Translations under genes and position numbers: made by a program | Notes under the pieces: model-generated | What the model was told of the DNA's origin: nothing | The model's database searches: none | Seen by the model: only the letters and a program-made list of their open reading frames with translations | IMG/VR virus record: IMGVR_UViG_3300021400_000141 | Span: 321,354 to 385,353 of that record | Length of the DNA: 64,000 nt | Direction: 5' to 3' (one strand) | From: a virus | Taxonomy: Duplodnaviria > Heunggongvirae > Uroviricota > Caudoviricetes | Shown here: piece after piece, positions 53,719 to 63,404 of the stretch | Numbering within the stretch: the first letter of the stretch is position 1 | Layout: each line of letters begins with the position of its first letter

Positions 53719-53987
53719 TCTACTTGACCGATAAAGAAACGGGTGAAACCACGGTTACGAACACGAGCACGGACGAGCATTACAAACTGTCAGAAAAGTG
53801 TGAACCAGGCCCGTTCGGACTTGTTCATGGCGGACCGTCCAACCCAATCTGTTTTGTATGCGGCGCTCCCCTTGCAGGAAAGTGCTACGCTTCTAACGGC
53901 CTAGGAGACTTCTGCCTTGAATGCTCCGACGAGGCAGATTACTATGTTAATGCAATGAAAGGCCGTGGCTTCCACGGTACGAGGTAA
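53691..53987 (+). CDS. hypothetical protein
   Basis: ATG after aaaaaggaaaaaaca; CFVCGAPLAGKC ... CLEC. Confidence 0.45.
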   Translation: MSYPKPGVIIYLTDKETGETTVTNTSTDEHYKLSEKCEPGPFGLVHGGPSNPICFVCGAPLAGKCYASNGLGDFCLECSDEADYYVNAMKGRGFHGTR

Positions 53988-53990
53988 ACC

Positions 53991-54212
53991 ATGAACAACC
54001 TGTTGAACCCAGCTAACCCGATTTCCCCGCTAAACCCGATTAACCCCATATCCCCTCTGCACGACGGCCTGTTCAAGTCGCCCTCTGACACACTATACAA
54101 TATGGCAGCGGCAACATCGACCGATATTCCTATGTTCGTTCTGGGTATGTTCCTTGGCATCGTATTCACTCTCATTCTATGCGTATTCATCTTTCTTTGG
54201 AAAAAAGGATAA
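53991..54212 (+). CDS. small membrane protein
   Basis: PISPLNPINPISPL repeats, then a TM helix. Confidence 0.45.
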   Translation: MNNLLNPANPISPLNPINPISPLHDGLFKSPSDTLYNMAAATSTDIPMFVLGMFLGIVFTLILCVFIFLWKKG

Positions 54213-54216
54213 CACC

Positions 54217-54372
54217 ATGAAGAAACCTCTCGTCGTATTCAAGGATTGGTGCATCTGCACGGATAGCCCAGTCATCTACTACTCCATCGTTGTACTGTCT
54301 TCCCTAGCCCTAGGATTCTTTATCGCCTATGTATGGATTCCCTTAGTGCAATGGATACACACCTATGTCTGA
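54217..54372 (+). CDS. small membrane protein (51 aa)
   Basis: ATG after aaaaaaggata; hydrophobic C-terminal half. Confidence 0.4.
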   Translation: MKKPLVVFKDWCICTDSPVIYYSIVVLSSLALGFFIAYVWIPLVQWIHTYV

Positions 54373-54541
54373 AAAGCAAGATGGCATGTCATACCTGATG
54401 TTCACAAACAGGGATACGAACCGTTTCTTGTGGAACAACAAGGTTCGCAAAGAGATTCTCGAAGAGAACAGACCGAAGGAACCACTTGAACCAGTTGAAC
54501 AAGAAGACGATGGTTAACTAAATTCAATGTAAAGGAAACCT

Positions 54542-54826
54542 ATGGCAACCCCGATTAACTTCGTCCTACCTGATAGCGGCCCGTTCCGCTTCATCCATGA
54601 ACAGTTCCGCAACGACAAGCGGTTCGCAGATGAGGTTCGCAACGGCGGTGCAATCGTCGTCCTATCCATGACAAAACCCATTATCAAAGTCAAGGTCGCA
54701 AAAGACGGAAAGACACTGTTTGCCGACGAACAGGGCCTCTATGAGGACTGGCTATACTGCTGCCCTGGAAAAGAATATCTCAAAACTTTCGAACGCACAA
54801 CCACATACAAACGAATCAAAAGGTAA
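54542..54826 (+). CDS. hypothetical protein
   Basis: RBS aaaggaaacc. Confidence 0.5.
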   Translation: MATPINFVLPDSGPFRFIHEQFRNDKRFADEVRNGGAIVVLSMTKPIIKVKVAKDGKTLFADEQGLYEDWLYCCPGKEYLKTFERTTTYKRIKR

Positions 54827-54830
54827 ACCT

Positions 54831-55124
54831 ATGTCACAACCAATCGTAATCTCTCCCGAAGCGGCGAGCGAAGTAAACCAGAAAATCAAGGAACTCAAAG
54901 AAACCCTCGAAAAGCACAACCTGCTCATGGTGTTCAATGTCGAAATCGGTGAGGGATTCCTGTTCCCGAACACATACAAGGTATGTTCTATCGACGACCC
55001 TGAATACGACGAGGCGGACCCCACCGATTTGCCCATGTCCGTAGACGGCACCCGAACCAAGATTGGTGACTGCATGTCCACCTTCGAGAAGCATTACAAC
55101 GCAATTATTTCAACCAAGAGGTAG
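54831..55124 (+). CDS. hypothetical protein
   Basis: ATG after caaaaggtaaacct. Confidence 0.5.
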   Translation: MSQPIVISPEAASEVNQKIKELKETLEKHNLLMVFNVEIGEGFLFPNTYKVCSIDDPEYDEADPTDLPMSVDGTRTKIGDCMSTFEKHYNAIISTKR

Positions 55125-55129
55125 ATATT

Positions 55130-56191
55130 ATGATGTCGCTTGACGAATGCAAGAAGCATGCGGCAAACGGTGAACCATGCCAGATGATGACTCCTGATGG
55201 CAAATGGGTTCCGTTTAATGAAACACAAGTAATAACGAAGTTCCGTGTCGCTCCCCGTCTGTTCGAGAACAGCGGCCCGAGAATCGTGATGTACGCCTTG
55301 CTCAGCCTCGAAAAAATGGTCGAACGCCATTTCCGCAACACATTCTTGTGGATTGACCTGCCGCAATCTGGTTTCAAGGAAGACTGGACTCTGACCGCTG
55401 GCTACCATGGCAAACTCGGTGCTCGTGACATAAGGGTTGAACCAAGTATCGAAGACCAGGTAAGAGCCGTACTGGGGAAACCGAAGACGGAATATCTTGA
55501 CCGTACGGATTTACGCCTCAGAGATATATTCAGAACGTATTTCCGTGTCCGTAAAGTAAAACCAACCGTGTACGAAGTCCAGTGCCGCTCTCTGACGAAA
55601 GCCCAAGACGATAACAACTGGATTACCATATTCAGGGTGAAACAGGAGCATTTCAAGGAACACGACGATTTCAATCTTGCCTCTAAGGATGCACCTCTTA
55701 GCTGGTGCATCGAAACCTGCGCTGATTACTCGTATATACCTAAAGAATGGAAGGAAAGGCTTGGAACATACCAGTATAGTACAACTGAGCGATATCGAAT
55801 CAAGCAACAGCGTATCAAGAGCGTATCAAAAATAACGCCATGCGGAACCGAGATTCTCAACAACATCGCACTCTGGATTTGCAACTACCTGACGTTCATC
55901 AGCCATATCGACATGAACCTGAAGGACTTCTCGGATTTCATCGAGAATAACATGGAAAAGACAGACAGCCCGACTCACCGTCTGGCTACACCAGGATGGA
56001 CTACGAACAACAGGAGCCTTGTCATATACTACCAGTACAGCGAATTTGCAAAATATCGAGATGCCGCCCTTGGGAGACGCCAGTATGATGAAAACGGGTA
56101 CTTAGATTACCGACAGGCACACGCAATACTTCTGCGATACTTCAATATGAAATATCACGGGACCATCTATGAAGTGAGAGAGAAACAGTAG
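55130..56191 (+). CDS. hypothetical protein (353 aa)
   Basis: RBS aagaggtag; largest unassigned ORF in the right half. Confidence 0.55.
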   Translation: MMSLDECKKHAANGEPCQMMTPDGKWVPFNETQVITKFRVAPRLFENSGPRIVMYALLSLEKMVERHFRNTFLWIDLPQSGFKEDWTLTAGYHGKLGARDIRVEPSIEDQVRAVLGKPKTEYLDRTDLRLRDIFRTYFRVRKVKPTVYEVQCRSLTKAQDDNNWITIFRVKQEHFKEHDDFNLASKDAPLSWCIETCADYSYIPKEWKERLGTYQYSTTERYRIKQQRIKSVSKITPCGTEILNNIALWICNYLTFISHIDMNLKDFSDFIENNMEKTDSPTHRLATPGWTTNNRSLVIYYQYSEFAKYRDAALGRRQYDENGYLDYRQAHAILLRYFNMKYHGTIYEVREKQ

Positions 56192-56240
56192 TTCATTAGG
56201 CGATATCAAACAAAATCTAATCAAATCAGGAGATAACACC

Positions 56241-56651
56241 ATGTTCAAACGTGAATTGACAAACCTTGAAGAAAGACTTTACGACTTCCTCGACTTCGCA
56301 GACAGCACACTGGAATACGATGTCTCCCAGAAGTCATGGGAAAAGCTGCGGGAAGCAATGAAACGCTGCAAGGAAGACTGCAAGGTGAAATACGGAGTCA
56401 TCAACAACGGTTACTCCCTCCATGTGGAACTTCCCTTCGACGTGGACAAGTACATGAAGCAACAGGAAAAGAAGAGCAACCTCCTGCAGGACATGAAGGA
56501 AGACCCAGCAGCCAACAAGCTCGGCGAATTCATCGTCAACCAGCTCGGTATCAACCTCGTTTCCGTCGATGGCATCAAGGTCGAAAGACAGCATGACGGC
56601 CAGATTACCGATATCCACATCGCTTTCATCCCCGCACCAAAGGAAGCATAG
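56241..56651 (+). CDS. hypothetical protein
   Basis: RBS caggagat. Confidence 0.5.
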   Translation: MFKRELTNLEERLYDFLDFADSTLEYDVSQKSWEKLREAMKRCKEDCKVKYGVINNGYSLHVELPFDVDKYMKQQEKKSNLLQDMKEDPAANKLGEFIVNQLGINLVSVDGIKVERQHDGQITDIHIAFIPAPKEA

Positions 56652-56653
56652 TT

Positions 56654-57079
56654 ATGACAAAGCCAGTTTCACCTGTTCCAGTTTCCCAGTTTAACTACAA
56701 CTGCATGAAGAACCTCTGCAACAACGAAGTCCACCAGTTCAAGAGACCTGCTCCTTGGGACAATGACAAGGAAGTAAATGCGGCCCACTGGGTTTTCAGT
56801 GAGGAATACGCCCTTAACCACGACGGGTTCGAACTCTTCTGGCATACACCTGGAGTTATGGACGGTGGTGAGTATGTAGTAGCCAAGTTTCCCAAGGACG
56901 GCCCAAAGGACACGCTCGTGGTAGAAGCGCATAAGGACGGCTTCGTTCCGATGGGTGTCATCAAAAGTACAGAAATCAAGCTGGAACGTGGCAAGAACAG
57001 GATGATTCTCCTCTACTATGGCGAACTAACGAGTGAATTCAAGGTCTACTTTGTAGATGAACAAAATAAATCAAATTAG
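56654..57079 (+). CDS. hypothetical protein
   Basis: RBS aaggaag. Confidence 0.5.
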   Translation: MTKPVSPVPVSQFNYNCMKNLCNNEVHQFKRPAPWDNDKEVNAAHWVFSEEYALNHDGFELFWHTPGVMDGGEYVVAKFPKDGPKDTLVVEAHKDGFVPMGVIKSTEIKLERGKNRMILLYYGELTSEFKVYFVDEQNKSN

Positions 57080-57088
57080 AGGTAAACT

Positions 57089-57349
57089 ATGTCACTGAAA
57101 GCTAAAAGAACCCTGGTCGTATCCTTTGTCATCCTCACGGCATTCTCCCTGGGTCTGGCCCTCATTTCGATGCGTGGCTTCTCCATTGCAGGATGGCTCC
57201 TCCTCTCCATGCAGGTGGAACTCGGTATACTCGTATTCGCCTTGCTCGTCATAGGCATCATCGTAGGTTACGGATGGGCCCTTACCGCAGATGCCCACAA
57301 GTCGTTCTTGGCATATCTCAAATTCATCGTTCAACACGTACTGGAGTAA
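57089..57349 (+). CDS. small membrane protein
   Basis: two TM helices; RBS agaggtaa. Confidence 0.45.
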   Translation: MSLKAKRTLVVSFVILTAFSLGLALISMRGFSIAGWLLLSMQVELGILVFALLVIGIIVGYGWALTADAHKSFLAYLKFIVQHVLE

Positions 57350-57353
57350 ACCT

Positions 57354-57635
57354 ATGGCCGTACACTACTCGATGCTCTGCAACCCACGAAAGGACGGGGA
57401 CGGAAAAGCCATTGCCGAAGACCTGAGGAAGAGACTGAGAGAAAGCCTCGTGGCGTTCACAGCCGACAAGAAAAAGGATGAGTTCGTCAGGATAACATCT
57501 AGCCGCTACCTCTCCGATGGAGATATCAGGGTGTGTTTCATCATGGACGACAACTCCGCCCAGAAACTCACAGGCTTCCTCTATGACCATCAGGACGAAC
57601 TGGACATAGATATCCTAGAAGCGGGAAAAGACTAA
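57354..57635 (+). CDS. hypothetical protein
   Basis: ATG after ggagtaaacct. Confidence 0.45.
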   Translation: MAVHYSMLCNPRKDGDGKAIAEDLRKRLRESLVAFTADKKKDEFVRITSSRYLSDGDIRVCFIMDDNSAQKLTGFLYDHQDELDIDILEAGKD

Positions 57636-57652
57636 AAATACAAAAAATATCT

Positions 57653-57681
57653 TGACAACCAAGATTTAATTATCTATATTA
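57653..57681 (+). promoter_or_regulatory. sigma70-type promoter with inverted repeat overlapping the -35
   Basis: atcTTGACAaccaagatttaattatcTATATTaatg. Confidence 0.5.
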
Positions 57682-57686
57682 ATGGC

Positions 57687-57863
57687 ATGAAGACTATAAA
57701 ATTTGTATTAAGATTATTGTTTTTCAATTTTATTACTTGGATTTCTGTAGTAATTGCACTTTTAATTGTTGACAAGTCCGAAACTTGTACATATATCAGT
57801 TATGTACTTGTAAACATTTTTGTTTTTACCTGGATATACATTTTAACCCATCCTGCTAACTGA
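57687..57863 (+). CDS. small AT-rich membrane protein (58 aa), apparently leaderless
   Basis: ATG about 7 nt after the -10; no RBS; hydrophobic LLFFNFITWISVVIALLIV. Confidence 0.35.
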   Translation: MKTIKFVLRLLFFNFITWISVVIALLIVDKSETCTYISYVLVNIFVFTWIYILTHPAN

Positions 57864-57872
57864 TTTCATATT

Positions 57873-58505
57873 ATGGAAAACAAAAAGAAATACACATTCT
57901 TCTCCGCTGGCGAACTCGAAAACGAAATCGCTGGCAAATGGGCTTACCAACCCCTCGGCTTGCTTATGGTGTATGCCAGCAAGCTAGCCGACGAGTTCTA
58001 CGAGGGTGTCAACGATACCGTCGGCCCCATGCTGCAGGACACCGTTGACGACCTCTATGATGCCTATGCCGAAATCAAGGACGAGAACATCAAGGTCAAA
58101 TCCCTTAAACAACTCAGGGCGTGGATGGATGCCATCGTCCCCACCTTCGAATGGATTGAAGCCAATATCACCGACCCGGCCACCCGTGGAATGTTCGAAA
58201 ACAAGGTCGCAGGCAACGGTGCAGGCCCCCTCGGCATCCTCGTAGGATACTCATCTAATCTCTGGCACGATACCTCCAAGGCAATCGCATACAAAATCGG
58301 AACACCCCTCCGTGAATCCGTGGACAGCTACTACGCCAAGGATAAGCAAATCACGGACAAGAACGCAAGGATGAAAGCCCTCAAACGTATTCGAGTTTGG
58401 CTCGATGTAATAATCGACGCTGTCTCCTATGTCGAAGAAAGAACCGACAACTCCGATTTAACCATCAAGAAAAAGGACCACAACCAGATTTTTCCAATGA
58501 GGTAA
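57873..58505 (+). CDS. hypothetical protein
   Basis: 210 aa. Confidence 0.5.
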   Translation: MENKKKYTFFSAGELENEIAGKWAYQPLGLLMVYASKLADEFYEGVNDTVGPMLQDTVDDLYDAYAEIKDENIKVKSLKQLRAWMDAIVPTFEWIEANITDPATRGMFENKVAGNGAGPLGILVGYSSNLWHDTSKAIAYKIGTPLRESVDSYYAKDKQITDKNARMKALKRIRVWLDVIIDAVSYVEERTDNSDLTIKKKDHNQIFPMR

Positions 58506-58510
58506 CAACC

Positions 58511-58921
58511 ATGTCCAGAAGAACACGTGAATTGGAATATGACTTCAAAAACCACATGCAAGAACCCGTAAAAATCCGCCTCGTCCATGATTTCGACGAC
58601 GAATACGCAATGGAATTCTGTCTCCTGAATGAAAGCCCCTGTTGGCATCAGGTTCAGGAGTACATACATACCCTAGACCATACATATGAACCTGGTTCAA
58701 GCACATGCTATAGCAGCGGTGTATGGACCACCCGTTGGTTCAAAGTCAACGACATCGGCCACGGCAAGAAGATTCTCGAATATTACAGGGGGAAAATCAA
58801 TACGGTTGCCGATATATACTGCCTCTTCATTGAAAAGGGAATCCGTGAGCGTGAACGAGATATTGAAGCCTACAAGAAGTATAAGGCACACCTAGAGTCA
58901 ATCCCAGATACAATCGAATAG
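58511..58921 (+). CDS. hypothetical protein
   Basis: ATG after gaggtaacaacc. Confidence 0.5.
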   Translation: MSRRTRELEYDFKNHMQEPVKIRLVHDFDDEYAMEFCLLNESPCWHQVQEYIHTLDHTYEPGSSTCYSSGVWTTRWFKVNDIGHGKKILEYYRGKINTVADIYCLFIEKGIRERERDIEAYKKYKAHLESIPDTIE

Positions 58922-58950
58922 GTAAAAATATACAAAAAAGGAACAAAACT

Positions 58951-59349
58951 ATGCTTGATTTTCTGTTTGGAAACAATGAAAAAAGGGCAGTCCTAGACTG
59001 GCTTGTGGAACATGATAACGGTGATTATCATGGCTTTTATATGACTTATGGCTATGAACTTAATCGGTTTTATTACGAACAAACTTACAGTTTGGATGCG
59101 CTGAAGCAAATGAAAGAAGATATGATTGCTAAACACAATCGTTATCTTTATGAAAAAGCCCACCCGAAGCCGAAAATCGGGGAAACCTACAATGTCTACC
59201 TATGCGGCAACCACGTAGATACCCTCTACCACGTCACGAACGTTTCCTCCAACGAACACGGAGCCTTCTTCACCATCACGAACGAGGACGGAACCACCTC
59301 CCTCAAGGAATACTGGGGCTCTGGCAGCATCAACTGGACTAAAGAATGA
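58951..59349 (+). CDS. hypothetical protein
   Basis: RBS aaaaaggaac. Confidence 0.5.
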   Translation: MLDFLFGNNEKRAVLDWLVEHDNGDYHGFYMTYGYELNRFYYEQTYSLDALKQMKEDMIAKHNRYLYEKAHPKPKIGETYNVYLCGNHVDTLYHVTNVSSNEHGAFFTITNEDGTTSLKEYWGSGSINWTKE

Positions 59350-59927
59350 CACTTATGACCCCACTAAAGCAAACACTGGAATATATCCGCTCGCTCGACC
59401 ATGACGGATGCCAGAAGGAACTGGAACAGATTGGCCACGCCCTGTTCACGAGTAATGGCAAAGTGATTCACGACAATATAAGAAACGACAAGATTGTCAG
59501 GAAACACTACGATGAAGAAAAACGCCGCTTCACCGAACAGATGTTCTCCTATGTCTCCAACGGGCAGATGATACCCGTGGAGCTGGTAAACAGCCTGTGC
59601 CGCTTCCTGTACCAGTCCCACAGGCACTGCTTCCCTGGCTTCATGGGCTTTAACCGAGTTAACGACCGCAAGCACATTACAAGGTGGCTCGACGACATGA
59701 AACATCCCGAGGAGGCATGCGTACATGCCTGTTACGTGATTCGTAAGTATATCAACGGGAAGGGAGCCACCGATATAATGCTTGGCAACCTCAAGAAAGG
59801 GTTCCAGCACTACGGACGTGCCAAGGACCCGAACCAAAGGATATGGTCGTTGATTGAAACCATGTTCATTAACTCAGTACACCAGTATTACTGGACGATG
59901 GAAAAGAAGATGCATGACCCGTTCTAA
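59346..59927 (+). CDS. hypothetical protein
   Basis: ATGA overlap with the previous gene; 193 aa. Confidence 0.5.
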   Translation: MTLMTPLKQTLEYIRSLDHDGCQKELEQIGHALFTSNGKVIHDNIRNDKIVRKHYDEEKRRFTEQMFSYVSNGQMIPVELVNSLCRFLYQSHRHCFPGFMGFNRVNDRKHITRWLDDMKHPEEACVHACYVIRKYINGKGATDIMLGNLKKGFQHYGRAKDPNQRIWSLIETMFINSVHQYYWTMEKKMHDPF

Positions 59928-60264
59928 CGGAAGCAGGGTTGAACGAGGCTTCTACAACGAGAGGTTACATCAGTTGATGCGTACTAAACAAATAACAGTT
60001 ACACCGAACAAGGATGCTCCAATATATACGGTGCAGTTCCATGCTTGGCTGTATAATGAACTAAAAGAATATATCGATAAGAAGATTATATCTATATTTT
60101 ACAGTTCAGCGTACGGTTGCGTAGTTACTCTGCGAGACACGCCATCGGAAGAATTGCGAGTTTTGGAAATGTCTCCACTAATGTCCAGGGATGATTTATT
60201 ATTCAACATCAAACTATGGATTAGACTGAAAACTTCGGATGCAGAACACCATGACCGACCGTAA
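59914..60264 (+). CDS. hypothetical protein
   Basis: in-frame ATG overlapping the end of the previous gene. Confidence 0.4.
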   Translation: MTRSNGSRVERGFYNERLHQLMRTKQITVTPNKDAPIYTVQFHAWLYNELKEYIDKKIISIFYSSAYGCVVTLRDTPSEELRVLEMSPLMSRDDLLFNIKLWIRLKTSDAEHHDRP

Positions 60265-60301
60265 GGAATCATAGCCAGTCAAAAATACAGGAGACGCTAA
60301 T

Positions 60302-60448
60302 ATGCCAGTTATGGACAAGCTGAGACAATGTGCTGAAAAAATGGGTTATCATCTAGGCCCTATAGACCAGAAAATGGAAAAGGCTATCGACGAAGCCTTC
60401 GACGCAGTCTTTGAAGATGAAGAAAAATCGAATAAAGAACAAAAATAA
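60302..60448 (+). CDS. small acidic protein (48 aa)
   Basis: below the cutoff; RBS caggagacg. Confidence 0.35.
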   Translation: MPVMDKLRQCAEKMGYHLGPIDQKMEKAIDEAFDAVFEDEEKSNKEQK

Positions 60449-60466
60449 AAAATGTTTCAAAACCCC

Positions 60467-60495
60467 TTGACAACCGTGCTTTAATTATGTATATT
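60467..60495 (+). promoter_or_regulatory. sigma70-type promoter (TTGACA, 17 nt, TATATT) with TTTAATTATGTATATT core
   Basis: aaccccTTGACAaccgtgctttaattatgTATATTctt. Confidence 0.55.
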
Positions 60496-60532
60496 CTTTA
60501 TACCAATCACGGAAACCAAACAAGGAGTTACC

Positions 60533-60727
60533 ATGAAAAACAGGAGATTTCCTATCGGAACGGGCAAGTTCAAGTGTGTCGAACCGTATTCGGAAAACGG
60601 GATTGAACTTGTCAAGGGGAAGACCTACGAAGTGTATTCCTACGACAGCAACTTCGTCTATATCTGGGGAATCAAGGACGCAAAGTTCTCACACATGTTC
60701 TTCTGGGAACATTTCGAAGAAGCTTAA
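60533..60727 (+). CDS. small hypothetical protein
   Basis: RBS caaggag. Confidence 0.45.
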   Translation: MKNRRFPIGTGKFKCVEPYSENGIELVKGKTYEVYSYDSNFVYIWGIKDAKFSHMFFWEHFEEA

Positions 60728-60753
60728 CCAAACATTAAACAAGGAAACCTAAG

Positions 60754-60900
60754 ATGAACCGTAAGGAATTCGAAAAGAAGTACAAAGGCAGCAGCGATGA
60801 AATGTTCAAGGACGCCCTCTCCGTCTTCGACTCCCTCGAAAAAAAGCTGAAGGAAGAGGAAGAGTCCAGATACTACGACTCCTTCATGGGAGCAGGGTAA
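60754..60900 (+). CDS. small acidic protein (48 aa)
   Basis: below the cutoff; RBS caaggaaacc. Confidence 0.35.
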   Translation: MNRKEFEKKYKGSSDEMFKDALSVFDSLEKKLKEEEESRYYDSFMGAG

Positions 60901-60928
60901 ACTCAAACTTAATCCAGTTAAAGGAAGC

Positions 60929-61159
60929 ATGAAACTCAAAGACTATATCAAACAGGTCAGGAACCATATCCTGTGCTATGAATACTCTACCACCTCCGAC
61001 CTCGCTAACCATATCGTCGAAGAGGACCGTGAGTACATAGAAGAAAACTTCAACAACCATGTACCGACCGACGATACCGCCCATCAGGTCTGGAACCGAT
61101 GGGTTTGCCCCTCAGGTATCGAACCCTTTGTCAACCAAGGAGATAACCAATGCAGTTAA
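60929..61159 (+). CDS. hypothetical protein
   Basis: RBS aaaggaag. Confidence 0.45.
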   Translation: MKLKDYIKQVRNHILCYEYSTTSDLANHIVEEDREYIEENFNNHVPTDDTAHQVWNRWVCPSGIEPFVNQGDNQCS

Positions 61160-61365
61160 CCCTCAATACCCTCATTGACCAACTTACCCGCATCCGTGAC
61201 AAGTACGACGCAGGGGAAGCCCTCGTCGAAACCCGCTACGAAGAAGATATCGACCTCGTTGAAGAAATCATCACGGCCAAAGTTGTTTCAGTTGATACTC
61301 CCCCGAAGTTGAAACCCCACAAGGTTATCATCAACATGGATAAACCAATACCGAAATACTACTAG
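61150..61365 (+). CDS. hypothetical protein
   Basis: RBS aaggagat, overlaps the previous gene. Confidence 0.45.
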   Translation: MQLTLNTLIDQLTRIRDKYDAGEALVETRYEEDIDLVEEIITAKVVSVDTPPKLKPHKVIINMDKPIPKYY

Positions 61366-61375
61366 GAGATAACCC

Positions 61376-62179
61376 ATGAGCACAGAAGCTGAACTGCCAT
61401 CCTCCCCCTCCTGGGGCGAACCGTCCCTCCCCGTCAAGGGCCCACTCAACGACTTCCTTGCCAAACGTCTGGTAAAGGAGGAACAAGGCAAAATGGAGAA
61501 ATCTATGTCAGAACCCAAAAAATCAAAAAATATTTCCGTACCAGAACAGGATATCCCCCCTGTAGATGACCTGTCCTATTCCCTCGTAAAGCTGTACTTC
61601 AAGGTCAACACTTCATCCCGAAACGACGAAGACGACTATGACCCTTACCTCCTCCAACGGGACTACTTCCCCGAACTCCTCTGGGCCTTCTCCATGACCT
61701 ACATGGGAAACCACTTCCCCAACAAGGCGGAAGACCTCCCCGAAGGCGTCAAACCCGCCCAGCACTACCTCGCATACTCCCCCACGGAAGGCATCCTCCT
61801 CTGCGTAGGATACTACTTCAAGAACAGCATCCTCCAACGCTCGTCGGCAGAATACTTCAAGGACTGCCTCGAAAAGATTGTCGATAACATCGACGGCCAG
61901 TTCCTCGACGGATGGGGCGAAAACGGATTCCAGTTCATATACAAGGATAAGTACATAGTCGCAAACTTCGAAAGCAGACTCCTCTATGTCATCGCCGATG
62001 TCTTCAGCGTGGATTCCCTCCATGTCAGATGGGACTCCATCCAGGAAATCGACAACCTCGACTGGATGCTATCCTATAAGGCATACGAATGGCTCTATGA
62101 ACACCGCAGGTTTATGGACCAGTCCCAAACCCAACTGGATTACCTTACAAAACACAAGGGAAACTTCTTCTTCGCGTAA
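61376..62179 (+). CDS. hypothetical protein (267 aa)
   Basis: RBS taggagat. Confidence 0.55.
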   Translation: MSTEAELPSSPSWGEPSLPVKGPLNDFLAKRLVKEEQGKMEKSMSEPKKSKNISVPEQDIPPVDDLSYSLVKLYFKVNTSSRNDEDDYDPYLLQRDYFPELLWAFSMTYMGNHFPNKAEDLPEGVKPAQHYLAYSPTEGILLCVGYYFKNSILQRSSAEYFKDCLEKIVDNIDGQFLDGWGENGFQFIYKDKYIVANFESRLLYVIADVFSVDSLHVRWDSIQEIDNLDWMLSYKAYEWLYEHRRFMDQSQTQLDYLTKHKGNFFFA

Positions 62180-62206
62180 ACCCAAATTGTTTAGGAAGGC
62201 GTAATA

Positions 62207-62602
62207 ATGGTACTTGAACAATTATACCAGTATCTCGGTAGCTATATCCGTAATGGCTATGGCCACCTGAATGTAGCAGTCGAGAATGCGTTTGGAGAAG
62301 GCGGAGACCTTAATTCCATCAGCATTGCAAATGACGGAAAGACAATCTATCTGAAAGAGTCCCATGGCCCTCAGTTTTTTGAAGGGGGTCTCTATGAGGT
62401 AGATGCAGGCAGTTTCTTTATCGCAAAACGGGCTACAGGTGAAGAAGGCCCTGGCATTCATGTGGGTGACCCCATCCTCGAACGTGACGAAGGAAACAAG
62501 ATGATGCATACGATTGCTGGGATTCCCGAGAATGCCAGGTTTACTGGAATAGTTGTACATTTCAGTATTCTGGAAAAGGGAGAGAGGAACATAACCCTAT
62601 GA
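62207..62602 (+). CDS. hypothetical protein
   Basis: RBS aggaagg. Confidence 0.5.
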   Translation: MVLEQLYQYLGSYIRNGYGHLNVAVENAFGEGGDLNSISIANDGKTIYLKESHGPQFFEGGLYEVDAGSFFIAKRATGEEGPGIHVGDPILERDEGNKMMHTIAGIPENARFTGIVVHFSILEKGERNITL

Positions 62603-62919
62603 ATACCCTGGAACAAAGATGCCTCAACTACATGAAGGCCTATAAGGCACCCAGAGAGGAATTCTTCCAACACCTCTGGGATTCAATAGTTTGCCCCAAG
62701 GAGTTAGCACAAAAAGCCCTAACCCATGCTGGCATCCCGTTTGGAAAAGTCTGGACCCTCAATGCCCGTGTCGCCCATAACCCATGTACGGATAAGGATG
62801 AACTGACACTGGACTGGCTCACCGTTGCCTACTACCTGGAACAAAACCATGCTATTACCCTAAACAATACCGCAGAGGCAAAAGACAGGGTAAACCAGTA
62901 CCTTGCATCAATCCCCTAA
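62599..62919 (+). CDS. hypothetical protein
   Basis: ATGA overlap with the previous gene. Confidence 0.5.
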   Translation: MNTLEQRCLNYMKAYKAPREEFFQHLWDSIVCPKELAQKALTHAGIPFGKVWTLNARVAHNPCTDKDELTLDWLTVAYYLEQNHAITLNNTAEAKDRVNQYLASIP

Positions 62920-62993
62920 AAAATCAAAAAATATCCCCCAGGTTAATCACCCAGGGGATTCCTCATGTATTGAATATACGGCAGGAAGAAATG

Positions 62994-63404
62994 TCATCTC
63001 TTCAATACACGCTTTAAAATCGTGGTAAGACTATCTATCTTCCCGAACATCTCACTTATGGCTAACATCACGCTAGTAGAGGTAAGGGTGCACGTCTCCA
63101 CATAATCCCTGTCAAGTCTCCTTACTCCCCCAAAATTGTAATAGTTCGGAAAGTAAAAGCGGCTGCACTTGGAGTTCTCCCACCCGATGGAAAGAAAGGC
63201 CCTAACCTCCTTGAACTCACCCTTCTTTGTATACTCTATCGAAACACAGAGGTAACCGTATTTCATGTACAGGTAGAAAACACCCTTGCATAACCCGTCC
63301 TCGATAAAACCCTGCTTCTTCAAATACTTGCGGAAAGCAAAAATTTCTCTATTAGTTGGCTTAACCATACAATGCCTCCAAACATTCGTCAATGCCATCG
63401 CCAC
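62994..63404 (-). CDS. hypothetical protein
   Basis: 136 aa; convergent with the plus-strand block. Confidence 0.5.
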   Translation of the reverse strand: MAMALTNVWRHCMVKPTNREIFAFRKYLKKQGFIEDGLCKGVFYLYMKYGYLCVSIEYTKKGEFKEVRAFLSIGWENSKCSRFYFPNYYNFGGVRRLDRDYVETCTLTSTSVMLAISEMFGKIDSLTTILKRVLKR

